In this document: in pieces, positions 57,650 through 64,000 of the stretch
Position numbering within the stretch: position 1 is the first letter of the stretch
Layout: each line of letters begins with the position of its first letter
From: Macrostomum lignano
Lineage: Eukaryota
Length of the DNA: 64,000 nucleotides
Assembly: GCA_002269645.1 (NCBI GenBank)
Contig: NIVC01000349.1
Span: 434,001-498,000 of the forward strand
Direction: 5' to 3'
Program-made: the position numbers and the translations under genes
The notes under the pieces: model-generated
The model's input: the letters and a program-made list of their open reading frames with translations, nothing else
What the model was told of the DNA's origin: nothing
Databases searched by the model: none

Positions 57650-59148
57650 TATTAAATTCCTACATTATTTTAAGAATCGGTGTTGATTGCTCATTTTGGG
57701 GCCCTGAGGCAAAATTATTGACTTACAAAACGGTACACAAAGTGGGTGGGGCGGGGAGACAAAGCATTATGGGAAGCCCCCCATAGCTTTCTGGGCGGGG
57801 GCATGGACAGGCCGACGGGGCGATAGCTGTAAACATCTTCATGGCCAAGAGCTGTTTTTCATATCCTAATTATCATTTTTGAATTTATATAAATCGGCCA
57901 ATTTGCAAATTTGACGACATTATCGTTTTCAACGAGATGGACTTTTTGCTTCCCCGTCCCCCATTTGTTTATACGGCCTTTAAATGAATGCGTACAAGCT
58001 TTCAGCAAAATTAGGTTCTTTCTTGCTTCAGGAGAAGCAAGTCAACAATTAAATTAGTGAACTAAAAGGGCCCCATTTATTTGGGAACTTCGATTTAAAT
58101 TTCGTTGCTCTTTTATTTGGAGCAGTGGTTACAAGCCTCTTAATAGAATTATTGTTTATTCAGCAGTTAAATTACGTAGTTTGGACGAAGCAACTAAAGA
58201 CAATAGTATAGGAATATAGGAATATTTTGTATTACTGTAGCTCAATGTTAGGTCGTGAAATAATAACAATGGCATGTGTGAGCACTAAATTTAAGAATAG
58301 TTTAATTACATGCTTTTTGGGACTGTGCATCCGGTTATAGAGTATCCTGTACAGCAATCTGATTTAAATCATGCGACAATCAGCCGACGGATGGCGTCGT
58401 TATTGTTCGTTGTAAGATAGAAGTATCATTTTGCCAACAATGTCCATTGACGTCGGGTTGTAGGCGGACGTCCTGTTGCTGCACGGGTATGCGAAAATTT
58501 GTGCTTGCTGTTCCAGCCTGCGGCGCCCTAATCCGAATTCCTTTTCGACAGCTACCTGTTCTATCGTTTGACTCTATTGTGGAATGAAAGCAATTTGAAA
58601 CTCCTCCATTAAAGCACAGCTGATTTAGGCCCCAATCACCCTGACAACAAGATGATAGAATGCATATTTTAATTTTGACTCTGAAAAGCCTCTTTGAAGC
58701 TTCCATCCTGAAAATATAATTTCGGATTATGCTTGCTTGAAGTCTAGAAAAAATAAACCGGTTCTTCAATAAGGCAGTCAAACAATAAACCTGATTTTGA
58801 AGAAGTTATTTATAGGTCTAAGAGCGTACCAATAACAGAGAGTGCACTGAAGTACTCAAAAAAGTTTAATTAACAGCATCCAGGGACGAGTAGCCATTTT
58901 TTTGCACGGAACGGTCTCGATCGTTTGATGTTAAAATGTGTAGAAAATTCATATCGATACTTGTAAAAGCACAGATAAAAAAGCGTTCCTGGGCTCATGA
59001 AAAATTCAAAAATATCGGGAAAACTTAAACAAAATTAACTATAGATCTTTCCAGAGGGAGTTGGTATAACTGATATTTATTTCAAAAAATAGTTGTTCAT
59101 AACCTTTTGTTAATTCCTGACGTTTTACAATCAATTTAAAAAGACGTT

Positions 59149-60159
59149 TTACAAGAAAATTTTATTGATGGTTTCTTCCGGCAGATTCGTATTAGAAACC
59201 GCCACGGCTCTGACCACACCATAAAGCATGCAGGTGCCGTCATACCGCCAGCCCACATAGATGCAGGCTCCGGCTTGGTTGAAGCTGTTCGTCCGAGCGA
59301 AGACGCCGGCAGTCGGTAGAAACTTTGCTCCATAGAAGAAGCGAGTCAGGTTCTGCTGCCTCCTGAATGAGACGCCAGCGATGAAGAACTCGTTCGGGTC
59401 CGCAGGTAGCACCGAGCTGGTCTGGAATCTGGCGAAGTAACCTGGGTTCAGGAAGAGGGCGCGACTCACTCCGGTCATCACTGAGTACTCTTGCAGGTGG
59501 TCGAGCTTGCTGCCGGATCCGATGCAGCTGCTCAGTTCTAGAAAGCTAGCTAAACCTGGCGTTCTCTTCAGGTGCAGCACCCAGGTGTAGGACACCGTGA
59601 AGTCCAGACCTGTGGGGTCGTCCACCCACAGCCGAGACGAGACTCCGTCCATGCGAGCGCCTTCGTTCGTCCACGAGACACCGCTGGACTTCATGGGGTT
59701 CCTCTGTCCCTCGGAGCCGCACACCAGGTTCTCCAGCGCCGGTCCCCTGTCTCCGACCCACACAGCGCTGAAGTGCTCGTTCGCAGCGATCGCGTCGTAC
59801 TCCGAGTCCACCACGGTCTCGCAGGTGCTCTCAGCGGCCACTCCCTCAGACGGTGTCGTGGAGGTCATGTTGAGCAGGCGGCACACCTCACCGAAGCGGA
59901 ACAGCGCACACGAGGCGTCTCGCTTGCTCCGCTGCACCAGGCCGACGCTGCCGAGACGGAACGACCGACTCGACACGAAGCAGTCGAGCATTGAAGAGGA
60001 GCGCCCGGAGCTAAGCTGCCACACGGACTTTGACTTGTTCAGGCAGTGGTTAGTGCTGAGCACAGTGTATTTGGTGATGGCGGAGCGGCATTCAGCGTGA
60101 GCTAGCGGCAGGCTCCCGAGAAGCAGGAACAGCAGCATCTGCTGATGCGGTTCGGCCAT
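59149..60159 (-). CDS. Secreted protein with a Cys-containing (PAN-like?) N-terminal part and a LamG/ConA-like domain, 336 aa
   Basis: ATG with signal peptide (MLLFLLLGSLPLAHA), GC-rich codon usage and an intact ORF. C-terminal pattern LDFTVSYTWVLHLKR...FFIAGV...IYVGW...GVVRAVAVSNTNLPEETI resembles LamG-like folds (inference). Confidence 0.7.
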   Translation of the reverse strand: MAEPHQQMLLFLLLGSLPLAHAECRSAITKYTVLSTNHCLNKSKSVWQLSSGRSSSMLDCFVSSRSFRLGSVGLVQRSKRDASCALFRFGEVCRLLNMTSTTPSEGVAAESTCETVVDSEYDAIAANEHFSAVWVGDRGPALENLVCGSEGQRNPMKSSGVSWTNEGARMDGVSSRLWVDDPTGLDFTVSYTWVLHLKRTPGLASFLELSSCIGSGSKLDHLQEYSVMTGVSRALFLNPGYFARFQTSSVLPADPNEFFIAGVSFRRQQNLTRFFYGAKFLPTAGVFARTNSFNQAGACIYVGWRYDGTCMLYGVVRAVAVSNTNLPEETINKIFL

Positions 60160-60589
60160 CTCGATGCGGTGAAGATTTGGAGTTTGAAGAGCGGCTCTAT
60201 GCTACATACTTATTTGAATATTTGGCGTGTTTTTGCATTAGCGATAAATTGAAAATCGTCATGAAACCTCTGATTGAGTGCTCTTGATCCAATTTTCCTA
60301 AACTTGAATGGTGATTGATTGACTGATTGAAAACCATGCACTTGAACCCACCATTTATTTCGTTTCATTTCCCAACAACGCACCAATTCAAGATGTGCAT
60401 AAATTTGTGAGTGTCAAATTTGCCTATTGCCTAAGTGGCAATTGATGGCATTATCTAGTTTCCCACTGATCTCAGATGAGATGGATTAAATTAATTTCTA
60501 ACATTTTTTACCTAAAAAAACATCTTATTTAGCCATAGAACTTTTAAGTGTCGCTTTAGTGATCACGAGGTGTTGTTGCTGGGTTGAAG

Positions 60590-61200
60590 TTCAGAAACAG
60601 CGGGTGGAGGGTCAGACACAGCGGGTGGAGGGTCAGACAGCGGATTGAGGGTCAGACACAGCGGGTGGAGGGTCAGACACAGTTGATTGGGGGTCAGACA
60701 CAGCGGATTGGGGGTCAGACACAGCGGATTGGGGGTCAGACACAGCGGATTGGGGGTCAGACACAGCGGATTGGGGGTCAGACAGCGGATTGGGGTCAGA
60801 CAGCGGATTGGGGGTCAGACACAGTGGATTGGGGGTCAGACACAGCGGATTGGGGGTCAGACACAGCGGGTGGAGGGTCAGACACAGTTGATTGGGTGTC
60901 AGACACAGCGGGTGGAGGGTCAGACACAGTGGATTGAGGGTCAGACACAGCGGATTGGGTGTCAGACACAGCGGATTGGGTGTCAGACACAGCGGGTGGA
61001 GGGTCAGACACAGTGGATTGAGGGTCAGACACAGCGGATTGGGTGTCAGACACAGCGGATTGGGTGTCAGACACAGCGGGTGGAGGGTCAGACACAGTGG
61101 ATTGAGGGTCAGACACAGCGGATTGGGTGTCAGACACAGCGGGTGGAGGGTCAGACACAGTTGATTGGGGGTCAGACACAGCGGATCGAGGGTCAATTGA
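60590..61200 (-). repeat. Same 21-bp minisatellite family in inverted orientation (about 29 copies)
   Basis: Unit GAGGGTCAGACACAGCGGATT is the reverse complement of the 55-57 kb unit. Confidence 0.95.
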
Positions 61201-61489
61201 GGGTCAAGCTGACAATTAAGTAACCCACTGTAACACGCTTATGCAGTTTGAATTTATGTCGAATTTGTTAAAAATTGTAAAACAAAATGGTGTACTAAAT
61301 CCAGCAAAAGAATTTTGACAAAGATAAATTTTTAAATATTCAAAACAAAGGATGTAGGAAAAGTATTTAGCTGTGAGTTGGTGTATTTTGGCGATAGGAA
61401 CACATTGGTTCGTAGTTTTTAGGTACATAAAAGGTCAAACAAATTGCGCACTTGTTAATATTCGAAAAACTGAATCCCATATTGAAGAC

Positions 61490-62940
61490 ACTGTCATGCT
61501 GTGACAGTAAAATACAGAGATTGATCATGCTGTGGCAGTAAATTACAGAGATTGATCATGCTGTGGCAGTAAATTACAGAGATTGATCATGCTGTGACAG
61601 TAAAATACAGAGATTGATCATGCTGTGGCAGTAAATTACAGAGATTGATCATGCTGTGACAGTAAAATACAGAGATTGATCATGCTGTGACAGTAAATTG
61701 CAGAGATTGATCATGCTGTGACAGTAAATTACAGAGATTGATCATGCTGTGACAGTAAAATACAGAGATTGATCATGCTGTGACAGTAAATTACAGAGAT
61801 TGATCATGCTGTGACAGTAAATTACAGAGATTGATCATGCTGTGACAGTAAAATACAGAGATTGATCATGCTGTGGCAGTAAATTACAGAGATTGATCAT
61901 GCTGTGACAGTAAAATACAGAGATTGATCATGCTGTGACAGTAAATTACAGAGATTGATCATGCTGTGACAGTAAATTACAGAGATTGATCATGCTGTGA
62001 CAGTAAAATACAGAGATTGATCATGCTGTGACAGTAAATTACAGAGATTGATCATGCTGTGACAGTAAATTACAGAGATTGATCATGCTGTGGCAGTAAA
62101 TTACAGAGATTGATCATGCTGTGACAGTAAATTACAGGGATTTATCCTTCTGTGACAGTAAATACAGAGATTGATCATGCTGTGACAGTAAATTACAGAG
62201 ATTTATCCTTCTGTGACAGTAAATTACAGAGATTGATCATGCTGTGACAGTAAATTACAGAGATTGATCATGCTGTGGCAGTAAATTACAGAGATTGATC
62301 ATGCTGTGGCAGTAAATTACAGAGATTGATCATGCTGTGGCAGTAAATTACAGAGATTGATCATGCTGTGACAGTAAATTACAGAGATTGATCATGCTGT
62401 GGCAGTAAATTACAGAGATTTATCCTTCTGTGACAGTAAATTACAGGGATTTATCCTTCTGTGACAGTAAATTACAGAGATTTATCCTTCTGTGACAGTA
62501 AATACAGAGATTGATCATGCTGTGACAGTAAATTACAGAGATTTATCCTTCTGTGACAGTAAATTACAGAGATTGATCATGCTGTGGCAGTAAATTACAG
62601 AGATTGATCATGCTGTGGCAGTAAATACAGAGATTGATCATGCTGTGACAGTAAATTACAGAGATTGATCATGCTGTGACAGTAAATTACAGAGATTGAT
62701 CATGCTGTGGCAGTAAATTACAGAGATTTATCCTTCTGTGACAGTAAATTACAGAGATTTATCCTTCTGTGACAGTAAATTACAGAGATTGATCAGGCTG
62801 TGACAGTAAATTACAGGGATTGATCATGCTGTGACAGTAAATTACAGAGATTTATCCTTCTGTGACAGTAAATTACAGGGATTTGTCATGCTGTGACAGT
62901 AAATTACAGAGATTTATCATGCAGTGACAGTAAATTACAG
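61490..62940. repeat. 31-bp minisatellite (about 47 copies) downstream of ENaC-C
   Basis: Unit TGCTGTGACAGTAAATTACAGAGATTGATCA. Confidence 0.97.
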
Positions 62941-63045
62941 GGATTTTCTTGTATTTTTTTGCTGTGCCTGTGATAAAGAAGCAGCCATTGAAACTGAACC
63001 CAGTGACCGATCCAAATCGCTATGCAGAGAGCTGCCGGTTCGAAC

Positions 63046-64000
63046 TCAGGACTCTTCTTCAGTGTCCGAGTCGTCATCATTTCTCCTGCACCTCTGCACC
63101 AGAATATAGATGAACTCAAGCAGCTCAAATGTGCTCACGACGCTGATGCCGAGCCAGAGTCCCAGAGTTCCTCCGACCTGCGGAATATCGAGAAAAAATT
63201 GAAAATTGGTACAGCGCAGCTCAGTATCTCTATGGCAACCAGAGCGAGACAAAGTTGCTGGGGCCGATTTTAAATGAGCATGCAATTTGGTCTGAGCAAC
63301 AGCCTCAAATGCGGGAATATTGCAACCGGAATGCAACTCTCACCTCCGACAGGGCCTCGGTCCAGTGGTATTTGTACTTCTCTTCGTAGACGTCCGCTGC
63401 AGGATTCTGCAAGCTGATGCGGACTGCTGCCAGGTTTTTGGCCAATTCGTCACGCTTAACGCAAATCGTACTCGACATAACCAAATCTTTTAAACTTATT
63501 CCTTTTCTGTCGCACTTTTCTACAAGTCCCAGCAGTATTAGTTGCAATACCTGTCTGGTATAGTTACCTGTATTATTCCTATAGATATGATGCACTTTGC
63601 CATCCTCGGGCAGGAACTCGACTCCATGTCTGACTTGCGGCACCATCAGGTTCTCCCAGATCTCTTGAATGGCGCTGAACGGGGGCCACCTGCGGCTCTG
63701 CTGCCAAGGCCGTTGCTGAGTGAACTGGCACCACATCCGGTGTTGGAACTCCTTCGCCAGCTCTTGGCTTTGCCTCTGTGCGTGCTCAAACCAGTGATCA
63801 TGGCAGTCAATTCTCTTGAGCACAGCATCCGATGGGGTGATCCACTCCTGCGGTGGAGCGAAGTAGCACAGGTCGCTCGTATTCACCGAGAACGGGAGCA
63901 GGTGCGAATAGCAGCCGCAGTTGCTGTGCAGGATGCTCTGCTGTGCCTCGACTACGAAATCGGAGACGGACTTTGAGTAGGCCTTGGTGACCACGTTCAG
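63046..64000 (-). CDS. DEG/ENaC channel subunit, paralogue C, 3' part (gene starts beyond window end)
   Basis: Partial exon 64000-63344 and terminal exon 63177-63046 (VGGTLGLWLGISVVSTFELLEF...EEES stop). The thumb region is nearly identical to copy A. Confidence 0.9.

Noticed and set aside
58380-58781. 133-aa minus-strand ORF between the two LamG-like genes as the missing 5' exon of the truncated copy
   Set aside because: No signal peptide or alignable similarity to the N-terminus of the intact paralogue in any frame I checked.
3940-62940. CRISPR-like appearance of the 23-35 bp repeat arrays
   Set aside because: Units are directly adjacent with no unique spacers, there are no cas genes, and the context is eukaryotic and intronic.
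1-64000. tRNA, rRNA, snRNA or spliced-leader RNA genes
   Set aside because: No cloverleaf with A/B boxes, rRNA-like segment or Sm-site-bearing SL/snRNA was recognised by eye. A covariance-model scan (tRNAscan-SE, Infernal/Rfam) would be needed to exclude them.

Overview
Eukaryotic (metazoan) genomic DNA with GT-AG introns, GC-rich exons and introns largely filled by minisatellites. The style suggests a free-living flatworm such as Macrostomum, but that is inference and was not searched. Left half: the 5' six exons of CFAP54 (minus strand, running off the window) lie head-to-head with a complete 12-exon P5A-ATPase (ATP13A1). These are followed by a 4-exon monoglyceride-lipase-like hydrolase, a divergent CK1-alpha-like kinase (HQD instead of HRD) and a divergent PP1-like phosphatase. 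Right half: three recently duplicated DEG/ENaC channel paralogues (A minus, B plus, C minus and partial). They are interleaved with a Crypton-like remnant, a TG..CA-bounded LTR-like element, a Tc1/IS630 remnant, a full-length MULE with a 9-bp TSD, hAT-type MITEs, a C-type lectin gene and two LamG/ConA-like genes. The most notable signal is in the ENaC paralogues: they are about 99% identical across part of exon 2, then switch abruptly to a hypervariable 47-60 aa knuckle cassette, and copy A is a C/B mosaic with its breakpoint at the cassette edge. Also notable are a loxP-like site architecture in the Crypton remnant and a dispersed intronic element whose helices are preserved between two copies. 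All alignments and counts were done by eye.
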